Shown here in pieces: positions 15,631 through 23,771 of a stretch of 38,267 bases of DNA. The stretch spans positions 1-38,267 of the forward strand of contig DATFUR010000013.1 in the NCBI GenBank assembly GCA_035260725.1, given 5' to 3'. Every line of letters begins with the position of its first letter. Within the stretch, counting starts at the first letter, position 1. This DNA comes from Patescibacteria group bacterium (GTDB lineage Bacteria > Patescibacteriota > Microgenomatia > Levybacterales > UBA12049). The notes beneath the pieces are model-generated. The model ran no database searches. It was not told where the DNA came from and was given only the letters and a program-made list of their open reading frames with translations. The position numbers and the translations under genes are program-made.

Positions 15631-16953
15631 ATGAAGTTCTTACAAAAAGAAGATCCCGAAATTTACCAGCTCATAAAAGAAGAGGAAAAAAGACAGCGCG
15701 ATGTCTTGGAAATGATTCCCTCCGAAAATTACACCTCGCAAGCAGTCATGGAAGCACTCGGAACTGTCCTTACCAACAAATATTCCGAAGGATATCCGCG
15801 GAGAAGATATTACCAGGGAAACAAAATAATCGATCAGGTCGAGCTGTTGGCAGAAGAAAGAGCAAAAAAATTGTTCGGTGTTCCGTACGTTAATGTCCAG
15901 GCTTTATCCGGATCTCCTGCAAATCTTGCAGTATACGTTGCCCTTTTGGAACCCTTAAAAGACAAGATAATGGGGCTGTCTCTTGCCTTTGGAGGGCATC
16001 TGACTCACGGACAACCGCAATCTTCTACAGGGAAATTTTTCCAATCGGTTCTTTATGAGTTGGGCAAAGATTCAACGCTGGATTTTGACGCAATCGAAGA
16101 ATTAGCCGAAAGAGAAAGACCCAAGATAATTGTCTGCGGATTTACAGCATATCCCCGAACAATCGATTTTGAAAGATTTGGGAAAATTGCAGACAAAGTC
16201 GGGGCATACCTTTTGGCCGACGTTTCCCATATTGCAGGCTTAATCGTAGCGGGAGCGCATCCTTCGCCTGTCCCTTACGCCGACATTGTTACAACAACGA
16301 CCCACAAGACACTGCGCGGACCCAGGGGGGCTTTAATAATGGTTACAGAAAAAGGACTTAAAAAAAACCCGGATTTGGGAAAACTAATAGACACCGCAAT
16401 TATTCCGGGGCTCCAAGGAGGTCCGCACGACAATCAAACTGCCGCAATCGCCGTTGCTCTAAAAGAGGCGGACACAAAAGTATTTAAAGCGTACGCCAAT
16501 CAGATTGTCAAAAACGCCAAAAAGCTCGCCGAAGAGCTGACGAAAAAAGGTTTTGAATTGGTTTCGGGCGGCACCGACAATCACCTTATCCTTATTGACT
16601 TAAGGGGTAAAAAGGTAAATGGAGCCGTGGCTGCGATAGCTTTGGAAATAGCAGGAATTGTTACCAACAAAAACGGCGTGCCGTTTGACACGATGCCTCC
16701 TTTTTATCCTTTCGGAATCCGCCTTGGTACTCCGGCCATAACAACAAGGGGCATGAAAGAAAAAGACATGGCAAAAATTGCCGGTTGGATGGAGCGGGCA
16801 GTGGAAGAAGTAAGAAAGGAAGAGTTGCCGGAGGAAAAAGCTGCCAGAAGTTATTTTATGAAGGATTTTAGAAAAAGAATAATTATAAACGAAAACCTAC
16901 TAAAAATCGCCGGGGAAGTAAAACAATTCTGCTCCAAATTCCCAGTTCCATGA
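15631..16953 (+). CDS. glyA: serine hydroxymethyltransferase
   Basis: SENYTSQAVMEALGTVLTNKYSEGYP and the PLP-lysine block TTTTHKTLRGPRG. ATG 15631 (MKFLQKEDPEIY) is preferred. The track's TTG at 15589 coincides with the -35 box of the predicted promoter. Confidence 0.9.
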   Translation: MKFLQKEDPEIYQLIKEEEKRQRDVLEMIPSENYTSQAVMEALGTVLTNKYSEGYPRRRYYQGNKIIDQVELLAEERAKKLFGVPYVNVQALSGSPANLAVYVALLEPLKDKIMGLSLAFGGHLTHGQPQSSTGKFFQSVLYELGKDSTLDFDAIEELAERERPKIIVCGFTAYPRTIDFERFGKIADKVGAYLLADVSHIAGLIVAGAHPSPVPYADIVTTTTHKTLRGPRGALIMVTEKGLKKNPDLGKLIDTAIIPGLQGGPHDNQTAAIAVALKEADTKVFKAYANQIVKNAKKLAEELTKKGFELVSGGTDNHLILIDLRGKKVNGAVAAIALEIAGIVTNKNGVPFDTMPPFYPFGIRLGTPAITTRGMKEKDMAKIAGWMERAVEEVRKEELPEEKAARSYFMKDFRKRIIINENLLKIAGEVKQFCSKFPVP

Positions 16954-16972
16954 ACCCAACCCTGTCAACCTC

Positions 16973-17299
16973 TTAAGCAGCCGGTTTCTTCTTTGTAAAA
17001 TTTATTATGTTTCTTCGGTCGACCCTATCGTGGATTCTTTTGGAAGCATAAGCTATACCGGTAAATCCAAGCGCCGCCCCCAGAACTAAAAGAGGGTAAT
17101 CGAAAAGGGCCCATGGAACTAATCCGGTTGCAAATCCTGAAGCTACTAAAGATACTCCTCTGGATCTATTCTTAACTTTCTCTGACTCTGCGGCCGATCG
17201 CCAGAATACATCGGTTGCTCCGTCGCTTGAGACTAGGGTAAAGGGTCGTCTGCGCGCCCTTTCAGATTCGATCCTTATTATATTATGCTCAAGTTCCAT
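16973..17299 (-). CDS. hypothetical small membrane protein
   Basis: ATG start 6 nt after the upstream gene. Two hydrophobic segments (VSLVASGFATGLVPWALF, LLVLGAALGFTGIAYA). No family recognised. Confidence 0.5.
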   Translation of the reverse strand: MELEHNIIRIESERARRRPFTLVSSDGATDVFWRSAAESEKVKNRSRGVSLVASGFATGLVPWALFDYPLLVLGAALGFTGIAYASKRIHDRVDRRNIINFTKKKPAA

Positions 17300-17305
17300 A
17301 AAAGA

Positions 17306-17506
17306 TTAAGTTTTCTTTGGAGGTTTTGAGACTTGATCTTGAGAGGCAGGTTTGGCTTCTTTCAAAAACAGTTGTCCGGGATTAATTGCCGAAAGAACTT
17401 TTGAAGCAAGGTAAATCCAAGCATTAAGAGTGAAATCAATCGCATCCTCGGCTATTTCCGATTCAATTATTTTATTTGCTATATTTGGGTGTCCCTCTAA
17501 ACTCAT
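17306..17506 (-). CDS. hypothetical small protein (66 aa)
   Basis: ATG start with TTGTAA-N17-TAACAT-N8 directly upstream. No family recognised. Confidence 0.5.
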   Translation of the reverse strand: MSLEGHPNIANKIIESEIAEDAIDFTLNAWIYLASKVLSAINPGQLFLKEAKPASQDQVSKPPKKT

Positions 17507-17514
17507 AAGAAAGA

Positions 17515-17543
17515 ATGTTACCAGAATTGGTTTTACTTTACAA
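17515..17543 (-). promoter_or_regulatory. sigma70-like promoter for the 66-aa/108-aa gene pair
   Basis: Minus strand: TTGTAA(17543-17538)-N17-TAACAT(17520-17515)-N8-ATG(17506). Confidence 0.45.
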
Positions 17544-19286
17544 TTAGGGGGCGATTTCCTGGTAGGTAAAATTGGCCTGTTTTAGAAAGTTTGGCGAATT
17601 AAGAATAAAGTCGGGCCGCTCCGCCGCGGAGAAAGCCGGGCATTGTACGTTTCCGGCGCAAAGGTCTCTTTGGTTTTGGAAACTTCCTCCGTTAAGACTG
17701 GCGTTTGTAATTACACTTCCGCCGACATTAAGCCTTAGATCGGTGCCCACAGAGCAGTCGTTTGTTCCCTGGACAATAAAGTTTTTATCAGCACTGTATA
17801 TTCCTTCTATGTCCGCGGTTGTAGAGGAATTAACCGCCTCGCCGACTGCTTTGTCTACTGTTATGTTGCCCGATGAGGAGAAAATCGCCGTAGATCCTAC
17901 GGGTACAAATATTTTTTCGGCGATTGTCAGGTCTCCATTTTTTACCAAGATTACAAAGTCTTGAGACGCTCCAAATGTGTATCCGCCGCCCACTAATTTG
18001 AGATTGCCGTTTGCAATATAAATTCCGTGGGGCAGAGAAGAAGACAAAGTGCAGCTGGAAATTCCGCCGGTGCAGTAAGAGGCAATATCCACGGGCTTGC
18101 CCTTGGAAAGAAGGAAACTGTATGAAGTTTTAATCTGCCCGCCGATTTTAGTCGGTGAATAAGTTTCGCCGTAGCTTATTCCACCTGCCACCCAGTCGTT
18201 TTGAGAAGCCCGGCCCTGTCCAAAATCCGCCGTTGTATTGCCTGTAAATACCAGTCCCGGTGTTCCACCTGACCCTGGCAAACTTGCGTAAGGCCCGCAA
18301 GAAGCGTTAGCCGGAATTTTGTTTATAAATCCGCTGTCTACTCTGCAGTCTGCGCCTATACATTGTATCCAAGGATTGGAATTGGTTATTCCAAAATTAA
18401 GATTTGCAATACTTCCTCCGCTACACGTCGCGGAATTTGATCCTCCTGTAGAGCATGTTCCTCCGACTGCAACCTGAAAAGACGGCGGAGGACCGTTTAG
18501 AGGATAAGTCAGTTGGTATCCGCTGGGCTTGTCTGTGTAGGAAATTGTGTAAGTCCCGGTATTGAGATTGCTGACCGTATAGGCCCCACCTGCGGAGCTG
18601 ACACTTCCTCCTGTTGAGGCAATTGTAATACTGCCGGTGTAATTTGTTTCGTTACTATCCTTTAGAGTATTTTTGTTGTTGTCCAAAAATACATTTCCGG
18701 AAATTGTGTAAGTGGGCGGGGGTGGCGGAGGTGGAGGCGTAGGGAGTGGAGTCGGAGTTGCTGTGGAGCAAGTTAAGTCGCAAGACTGGATAGTATCGTA
18801 TCTGGTGCCGGTTGAGTTACAAGTTTTGACTGTTTTGGTGTAGCCATTATTGCAAGAGGGGTCGGCATAACAAGTCGGATCTTGCCAAGAACATACTCCC
18901 GCAATAGTGCACGTTGCCTTATGACCTGTTTGTCCGCCAGCTGTTGTGCATCCACACGAATAACTCCAACTTCCGCCAATGCAGTTAGTATCGCAAACAG
19001 GAGCGGGAGTCGGAGTCGGGGTTGGTGGTGGTAACTGTGAACCATATTGGGATTGGTAAGTATATTCTTGGTAAGAATATTGGGATTGATAACTATATTG
19101 GGATTGGTACCCATACTCCTGGTAAGAATATTGACCTGGGTATTCACTTTCATAACCATATTGTGCACCATACTGACTAGAATACTCAGTTTCATAGCCA
19201 TAGTTTGCCGCTGAAGCTTTGTTAGCTAGATAAGAAGGAAAAAAAACCACAAACAAAATGAGGAGAATTTTTATAAGCTTACCCAC
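17544..19286 (-). CDS. secreted Tyr/Gln-rich, Cys-rich, PT-linker protein with Cna-B/SdrD-like and beta-helix-like regions
   Basis: GTG start followed by a signal-like KILLILFVVFFPSYLANKASA. Then a Y/Q-rich tract, PPPTPTPTPAP and TPTPLPTPPPPPPPPT linkers, a Cys-rich block, and ISGNVFLDNNKNTLKDSNETNYTG (SdrD B-like pattern). Confidence 0.8.
   Translation of the reverse strand: MGKLIKILLILFVVFFPSYLANKASAANYGYETEYSSQYGAQYGYESEYPGQYSYQEYGYQSQYSYQSQYSYQEYTYQSQYGSQLPPPTPTPTPAPVCDTNCIGGSWSYSCGCTTAGGQTGHKATCTIAGVCSWQDPTCYADPSCNNGYTKTVKTCNSTGTRYDTIQSCDLTCSTATPTPLPTPPPPPPPPTYTISGNVFLDNNKNTLKDSNETNYTGSITIASTGGSVSSAGGAYTVSNLNTGTYTISYTDKPSGYQLTYPLNGPPPSFQVAVGGTCSTGGSNSATCSGGSIANLNFGITNSNPWIQCIGADCRVDSGFINKIPANASCGPYASLPGSGGTPGLVFTGNTTADFGQGRASQNDWVAGGISYGETYSPTKIGGQIKTSYSFLLSKGKPVDIASYCTGGISSCTLSSSLPHGIYIANGNLKLVGGGYTFGASQDFVILVKNGDLTIAEKIFVPVGSTAIFSSSGNITVDKAVGEAVNSSTTADIEGIYSADKNFIVQGTNDCSVGTDLRLNVGGSVITNASLNGGSFQNQRDLCAGNVQCPAFSAAERPDFILNSPNFLKQANFTYQEIAP
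19035..19202 (-). repeat. Tyr/Gln-rich low-complexity tract (18 Tyr and 12 Gln in 56 aa)
   Basis: YGYETEYSSQYGAQYGYESEYPGQYSYQEYGYQSQYSYQSQYSYQEYTYQSQYGSQ. The plus strand carries three copies of ATATTGGGATTGRTA (about 19045, 19078 and 19095). Confidence 0.9.
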
Positions 19287-19292
19287 AATTTT

Positions 19293-19321
19293 ATATTGAT
19301 GTATTTATAAAAAGGTGTCAA
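19293..19321 (-). promoter_or_regulatory. sigma70-like promoter, leaderless configuration (GTG start)
   Basis: Minus strand: TTGACA(19321-19316)-N17-CAATAT(19298-19293)-N6-GTG(19286). Confidence 0.45.
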
Positions 19322-19324
19322 GTC

Positions 19325-19690
19325 TTAAGGATTTACGATTATTTTCCCATGAGTTGAGGGATTTAAGTGGTCATGATAAGGCCATTTTCCGATCCTATTA
19401 AATATAAAGCTCCAAGATTTACCAGGAGAGTATCCCTCTTTAGGGTCAAATTCCGGATAAATGCCATGTGTGGGGTGTAAGTCGGATGCGGGCCAAGCGG
19501 AACGGGAGGAGTCATTTTTAAAAATGACTTTTGTGCACTTTTTAATTGTTAAGGGATTAGGCGAAAAAGAGTCGTCCTTTATAGAAACCGTTGTGGATCC
19601 TTCGATTCTTAAACAATTATCAGGAATTTTATTAGCCAAAAGGAAGGCAAACAAGCCTGCTAGAGCCAAAAGAAGTATTAGAGTTCTCAT
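19325..19690 (-). CDS. secreted cupredoxin-fold-like protein lacking the type-1 copper cysteine
   Basis: Signal-like LILLLALAGLFAFLLA, a beta-sandwich-like VSIKDDSFSPNPLTIKKCTKVIFKNDS, and a C-terminal WPYHDHLNPSTHGKIIV. That tail aligns with the Y-x-C-x-x-H...M-x-G-x-I-x-V / HCH copper-site region, but with Asp in place of Cys. Confidence 0.5.
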   Translation of the reverse strand: MRTLILLLALAGLFAFLLANKIPDNCLRIEGSTTVSIKDDSFSPNPLTIKKCTKVIFKNDSSRSAWPASDLHPTHGIYPEFDPKEGYSPGKSWSFIFNRIGKWPYHDHLNPSTHGKIIVNP

Positions 19691-19710
19691 CTATTCCAGT
19701 CTAACATATA

Positions 19711-19740
19711 TTGCTTTTTTTTAGATAATGTAATTAAATA
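19711..19740 (+). promoter_or_regulatory. candidate promoter for the Cys-pair repeat gene
   Basis: TTGCTT(19711-19716)-N18-TAAATA(19735-19740)-N7-ATG(19748). The spacer contains a T8 run. Confidence 0.35.
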
Positions 19741-19747
19741 AAATCCA

Positions 19748-20953
19748 ATGGCTTTTAAAACAAAAATAACCCCCAAATGGGTATTTATAATTTTCTTTTT
19801 TCTAGAACTAATTTTTGTTACACAAATATTAAATCTTAATGGTCTTTCGAATCTTAAAACTGAGCCGCAAAAGGAGCAGTATAAAAAATCTGCGGAGGCT
19901 ATATTAAATGGCTGCAACAAGTTAAGTTTTAGGGAAACTTGTTACGCCCAACAATTCTACGACCTAACCAAAAAAACAAATATTCCTTATTCTATAGCAA
20001 CCCTTTCGGAGCTACAAAAACTGGATCCGAGACAGAGTACCGGGTGTCATTTTATTGCGCATAAAATAACAATTGCCGAAACCGAAAAGGATCCTTCTAA
20101 GTGGAAAGATATATTAAAAACCCTTCCAACATACGCTTGCACCGGAGGATATGTGCACGGAGTTATAGAAGTTCACACCGCGGTTGACCCAAATTTTAAA
20201 ATAAATGAAAATTCTGTCAACCTAATTTGTTCTCATGATCTTGAAGATAGAGGATTTGCAGAAACAAGCTGTTTTCACATAATGGGACACTTGATGATGG
20301 CACAAAACGATGGCGATATCAAAAAATCCGTAGAATCTTGTTTGCCGTATAAAAATGAAACCGCCAAATATGAGTGCCTTACTGGTACGTTTATGGAGAA
20401 TGAAACTCGGGAGAACCTTGCTTTGCATGAAATTGCGCCACATATACCATGGAATGACGAGACAACGCTTATTCAAGAGAATATATGTAGGCAGTATTCG
20501 GGAGAAGCAGCAAGGGCTTGTTGGCAGGAGATTTCACACATGTATTCAACCGTTTACAAAAACGAACCGTTAGATGTTTTTCAAGCATGCTCAAGAGCCC
20601 CGAATAAAGATTTTGCAACAGCCTGTTATTTGCACGCGATTGGAAATATGGTGGTCTCAAGTGATTTTAACGATGATAATTTTAATAAAGCCTGCGTTAT
20701 GTATTTAACAACTCCATCTCTTTACGGTCAGTGCACGAAACAGATTGTTGGAGCGTTAATTACCTCTTCCAGCCAAAATGTCAGCAGGGCAATAAATGCC
20801 TGTAATGATAGCTCTCAAGAAGTAAAAAGGGATTGTTTTTCCCATATCGTAAATACTCTCATAAACATCAAAAGCCCTTCAATAACGGTGCAAAATGCAT
20901 GTTTAAAGATTAAGGAAAAGTTTAAAGATATAGATTGTAAGGAAACTACTTAG
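19748..20953 (+). CDS. membrane-anchored or secreted Cys-pair repeat protein (18 Cys), unknown family
   Basis: ATG start and N-terminal helix WVFIIFFFLELIFV. At least 7 repeats of C-x(8-12)-C-[FYWL]-x-x-[IMV], for example CSHDLEDRGFAETSCFHIMGH, CRQYSGEAARACWQEISH and CSRAPNKDFATACYLHAIGN. Confidence 0.75.
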   Translation: MAFKTKITPKWVFIIFFFLELIFVTQILNLNGLSNLKTEPQKEQYKKSAEAILNGCNKLSFRETCYAQQFYDLTKKTNIPYSIATLSELQKLDPRQSTGCHFIAHKITIAETEKDPSKWKDILKTLPTYACTGGYVHGVIEVHTAVDPNFKINENSVNLICSHDLEDRGFAETSCFHIMGHLMMAQNDGDIKKSVESCLPYKNETAKYECLTGTFMENETRENLALHEIAPHIPWNDETTLIQENICRQYSGEAARACWQEISHMYSTVYKNEPLDVFQACSRAPNKDFATACYLHAIGNMVVSSDFNDDNFNKACVMYLTTPSLYGQCTKQIVGALITSSSQNVSRAINACNDSSQEVKRDCFSHIVNTLINIKSPSITVQNACLKIKEKFKDIDCKETT

Positions 20954-21419
20954 AAGGTACAGGTGTTGGCGAAGGAGCCGAAACTAAAAATATTGCCTTT
21001 AATCCCCACGATCTTTTGTTAAGATCATAAACCATTCCCATTGTTGCAAGAGATCCAATTTTAACTACATCAATTGTGGAGGGGGTTTGAGTTCCGCTCT
21101 TAACTTCAAAAACCTTTGTATCCTTTGTTGCTAAAAATTGCGGGATATCTCTATCTGATATATCTAAAGTTATCGCGGTATTTTCTCCTACAGGAGTTAT
21201 ATTTGTGACTTTGCCTGTAAAGTTATAGGAAAAAAAGATAGAAGAAATTCCTTTGTGTTTGGGATCTATGGGCAAGGCAATAGAGTTTTGTAATGTCTGT
21301 ATTTGCAAAGGTGCATTGTAGGTTGTTTTTGTAGAACTTTTATTATTAACAAAGAAAAAGAGGATTGCATTGAGAAGAACAAATATAATTACAAGAATTA
21401 AAAGTCGTTTAGAATTCAT
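20946..21419 (-). CDS. membrane-anchored hypothetical protein
   Basis: ATG start, N-terminal helix LLILVIIFVLLNAILFFFV and C-terminal SAPSPTPVPSK. Promoter with the -10 box 6 nt from the ATG. Confidence 0.7.
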   Translation of the reverse strand: MNSKRLLILVIIFVLLNAILFFFVNNKSSTKTTYNAPLQIQTLQNSIALPIDPKHKGISSIFFSYNFTGKVTNITPVGENTAITLDISDRDIPQFLATKDTKVFEVKSGTQTPSTIDVVKIGSLATMGMVYDLNKRSWGLKAIFLVSAPSPTPVPSK

Positions 21420-21425
21420 TAGTTT

Positions 21426-21456
21426 ATTTTAAGCATAAAGGTTATTAGTTTGTCAA
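21426..21456 (-). promoter_or_regulatory. candidate promoter, leaderless configuration
   Basis: Minus strand: TTGACA(21456-21451)-N19-TAAAAT(21431-21426)-N6-ATG(21419). An alternative reading is TGcTTAAAA with N18. Confidence 0.4.
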
Positions 21457-21461
21457 GAAAT

Positions 21462-22346
21462 TTAGGGACTGGGAACAGTGCATGCATTTGGACCGGAACA
21501 CGTTACTGTTTGGGTTCCTGGAATGCAGATTGTTCCGGAACAATTTAGACCTCTGCAAAAATTTGGGTCGTTGTAGCACTGACTCCTATCATTGTACCAG
21601 CAGTAAAGACTCCCTGAATACTGGAAACAGCTTTTTACAGAGCAAAAGTTACATGTAGTGGAATTGGCGCCGCTGCATGATTCGGGGGTATTGGGAGATC
21701 CTTGGGTACAAGGTCCTCCCTCCCATCCTCCTGTAGTCGGACAAACCCCCGGTGGAGGAGTCGTGCCAGGAGGCGTCGGTACACAGGCTCCATTGCTACA
21801 AGTTTGATCCGAAGGACAACTTCTTACGCTACCACCATCATAACACCCGTTGGTTTGTAGATCGCAAGTGTTATATGTCGTTGAACTCACGCACCAAGAA
21901 CTTCCAGGAGTACATTGATTTGTGCAGGTGCTTGGGTTTGGGGTTGGGGTAGGAGTCGGAGTGGGGCATGTAGATGTGCACAGTACAGAATCTGGAATAC
22001 TGTAATTGTCACATCCTAAAGTGCTGTAATTACAGACGGAATAATTATATATGCTGCAGCTACTTCCATTCCCGCAAGAACTATCTGTACACTGCCAAGT
22101 TTTTGTTGTTGTTGAAGTACATGCATAGCATTGAGCCTGTGATTGTCCAGGATTTGTGCAAGATTTATTAGGGCAGTCTCTTCCTAGTGCAGTATATTTA
22201 GTGCATCCCGCTGGAGGATTAAAATCGGCAGCGCACGCATAATCTGTTGTAGTAACATTAGTAGAGCAAGTGAAAGCTAAAGCATTAATTTTTACAGAAA
22301 ATAAAAATAAGAAAAAGAACAACAAGAATATTAATTTTATATACAT
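21462..22346 (-). CDS. secreted cysteine-rich protein (35 Cys in 294 aa) with PT linker
   Basis: Signal-like IKLIFLLFFFLFLFSVKINALA, CPTPTPTPTPNPS, and a CTNQCTPGSSWCVSSTTYNTCDLQTNGCYDGGSVRSCPSDQTCSNGACV module. TTGACA-N17-TACGAT promoter upstream. Confidence 0.8.
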   Translation of the reverse strand: MYIKLIFLLFFFLFLFSVKINALAFTCSTNVTTTDYACAADFNPPAGCTKYTALGRDCPNKSCTNPGQSQAQCYACTSTTTKTWQCTDSSCGNGSSCSIYNYSVCNYSTLGCDNYSIPDSVLCTSTCPTPTPTPTPNPSTCTNQCTPGSSWCVSSTTYNTCDLQTNGCYDGGSVRSCPSDQTCSNGACVPTPPGTTPPPGVCPTTGGWEGGPCTQGSPNTPESCSGANSTTCNFCSVKSCFQYSGSLYCWYNDRSQCYNDPNFCRGLNCSGTICIPGTQTVTCSGPNACTVPSP

Positions 22347-22364
22347 TAAAATTACTTCGATTTT

Positions 22365-22393
22365 ATCGTATTTGTTATTTTTTGGCTTGTCAA
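22365..22393 (-). promoter_or_regulatory. sigma70-like promoter for the 294-aa Cys-rich protein gene
   Basis: Minus strand: TTGACA(22393-22388)-N17-TACGAT(22370-22365), 18 nt before ATG 22346. Confidence 0.5.
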
Positions 22394-22394
22394 G

Positions 22395-23198
22395 TTATTG
22401 TGCGGGGGCTAAGTTAGCAAAATTTGCGATAAAAACAAAAGTTTGATCACTCCTATCATTGTTCGGCTTTTCTAGGTTTTTTGACAGATTTTGGTAGGAG
22501 TGCCAATTCATATCTTGATAGTTCTTTTCATTTTGATTTATGCTTGCATTAAAGCTTATGGTTTTCCCTACTTTTAGACTGTTCTCAACCGTGTTAATTC
22601 CCTGAGAGATTCCATGTCCAGGCCCATTCGGATAAACAAGTATATTATTAGTTACTAGAATCCATGCAGTGAAGCCTTTATATATATATTCTTTTGTTTT
22701 GGTTCCATCAAAGTTGATTGTAGATCTCCCAGTATCTTCTCTGTCTAGCTTTTCCCCGGGCATTGCAACTGCTACCCACATGGTTTTGTCTTTTTCGCCT
22801 TTTGTAACATCAACTATAGTTAGATCTTGAAAAGATAAGGAAAATCCATAAGGCTGTTCTGCTGTGATTGTTCCTCCAAATGGAACTATTGAAACAAAAC
22901 CTTGTTTTTTTGTAAGTTCTGCCAGAGGAACCTTGTTAATTGCTTTTTCGGAAGCAGGTTTGTCTGGTTCTACTACCGGAGGTTTTGGGAGTTCTCCTGA
23001 GGGTGCAGTGGCACTAGGGGGAGCAAGGAAATGATTGAGTTGATCTTTTCCCCAGAGTGCGCCGCCCACTCCTGCAGCCAGAATACCGGCAGCGATTACT
23101 CCGTTAACAATCCTGTTTGCCCTTCGCGACGGAGTAGGGATTTTTGGTTTTTCAACGGGAAGTTTTGACGCTTCATTATGTTCTGCAGTCACATCCAT
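22395..23198 (-). CDS. membrane-anchored hypothetical protein
   Basis: ATG start. A charged N-terminus is followed by the helix IVNGVIAAGILAAGVGGALW, a Pro-rich spacer and a globular C-terminal part. No family recognised. Confidence 0.7.
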   Translation of the reverse strand: MDVTAEHNEASKLPVEKPKIPTPSRRANRIVNGVIAAGILAAGVGGALWGKDQLNHFLAPPSATAPSGELPKPPVVEPDKPASEKAINKVPLAELTKKQGFVSIVPFGGTITAEQPYGFSLSFQDLTIVDVTKGEKDKTMWVAVAMPGEKLDREDTGRSTINFDGTKTKEYIYKGFTAWILVTNNILVYPNGPGHGISQGINTVENSLKVGKTISFNASINQNEKNYQDMNWHSYQNLSKNLEKPNNDRSDQTFVFIANFANLAPAQ

Positions 23199-23229
23199 AA
23201 TTATATCATATTAGGTTCAAAAATCAGTT

Positions 23230-23736
23230 TTACTCAATCATACTAAATGAGGAAACATATTGAATTTGTTTTGCAATATTAGACGAGGAAGAATAGATTA
23301 TAAGCAATAAGCTACCGGGTTTGATTTGTTGAAAAAAATCTGGGGCATTGGAGTATTGCTTTGTGTCGCTTGGAATCGTCGCAGTATTTGATGCAGTTTT
23401 ATTTTTGGGAAAAGTAACTTTTAGAAAAATTGTGTTTTTGTCCAGGTTAAAAGTCGTAATTCCTGTGGACCCAGCCACGGTAAAGTTTTTATCTGTTTTG
23501 GAGAGAAATAAGCTGTTAACAACCCATGTATTTGTCGATTTTGACAATTCTTGTGGTTTGGGGAAATGGGATTTAGCATATTGTTCGTAAGATATCTTGT
23601 GGGGGAGGGAGCCGAATTGGTTGGGGTAAAGGCTCGAAAGCGAGATTATATTAAAGTAGTTTAGAACTCCGAAGAAAAGAATAACTCCGAGGACAAGTAA
23701 GGCTATTGCGGCAACCCCAAATTTCGAATCGGCCAT
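23230..23736 (-). CDS. membrane-anchored hypothetical protein
   Basis: ATG start and N-terminal helix VAAIALLVLGVILFFGVLNYF. TTGACA-N17-TACGAT-N6-ATG. Confidence 0.7.
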   Translation of the reverse strand: MADSKFGVAAIALLVLGVILFFGVLNYFNIISLSSLYPNQFGSLPHKISYEQYAKSHFPKPQELSKSTNTWVVNSLFLSKTDKNFTVAGSTGITTFNLDKNTIFLKVTFPKNKTASNTATIPSDTKQYSNAPDFFQQIKPGSLLLIIYSSSSNIAKQIQYVSSFSMIE

Positions 23737-23742
23737 AAATTT

Positions 23743-23771
23743 ATCGTAAAGATTCTAGCTTCTCTTGTCAA
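23743..23771 (-). promoter_or_regulatory. sigma70-like promoter, leaderless configuration
   Basis: Minus strand: TTGACA(23771-23766)-N17-TACGAT(23748-23743)-N6-ATG(23736). The -35 box abuts the stop codon of the cohesin-like gene. Confidence 0.55.

Noticed and set aside
19239-19722. Homopolymer tracts as phase-variation switches: A8 at 19239-19246 in the signal-peptide region of the 580-aa gene, and T8 at 19715-19722 in the promoter spacer of the Cys-pair repeat gene.
   Set aside because: Runs of 8 A/T also occur in housekeeping genes here (for example A8 at 16360-16367 in glyA and T8 at 8400-8407). They are therefore expected from base composition. Length polymorphism in reads would be needed to revive the idea.
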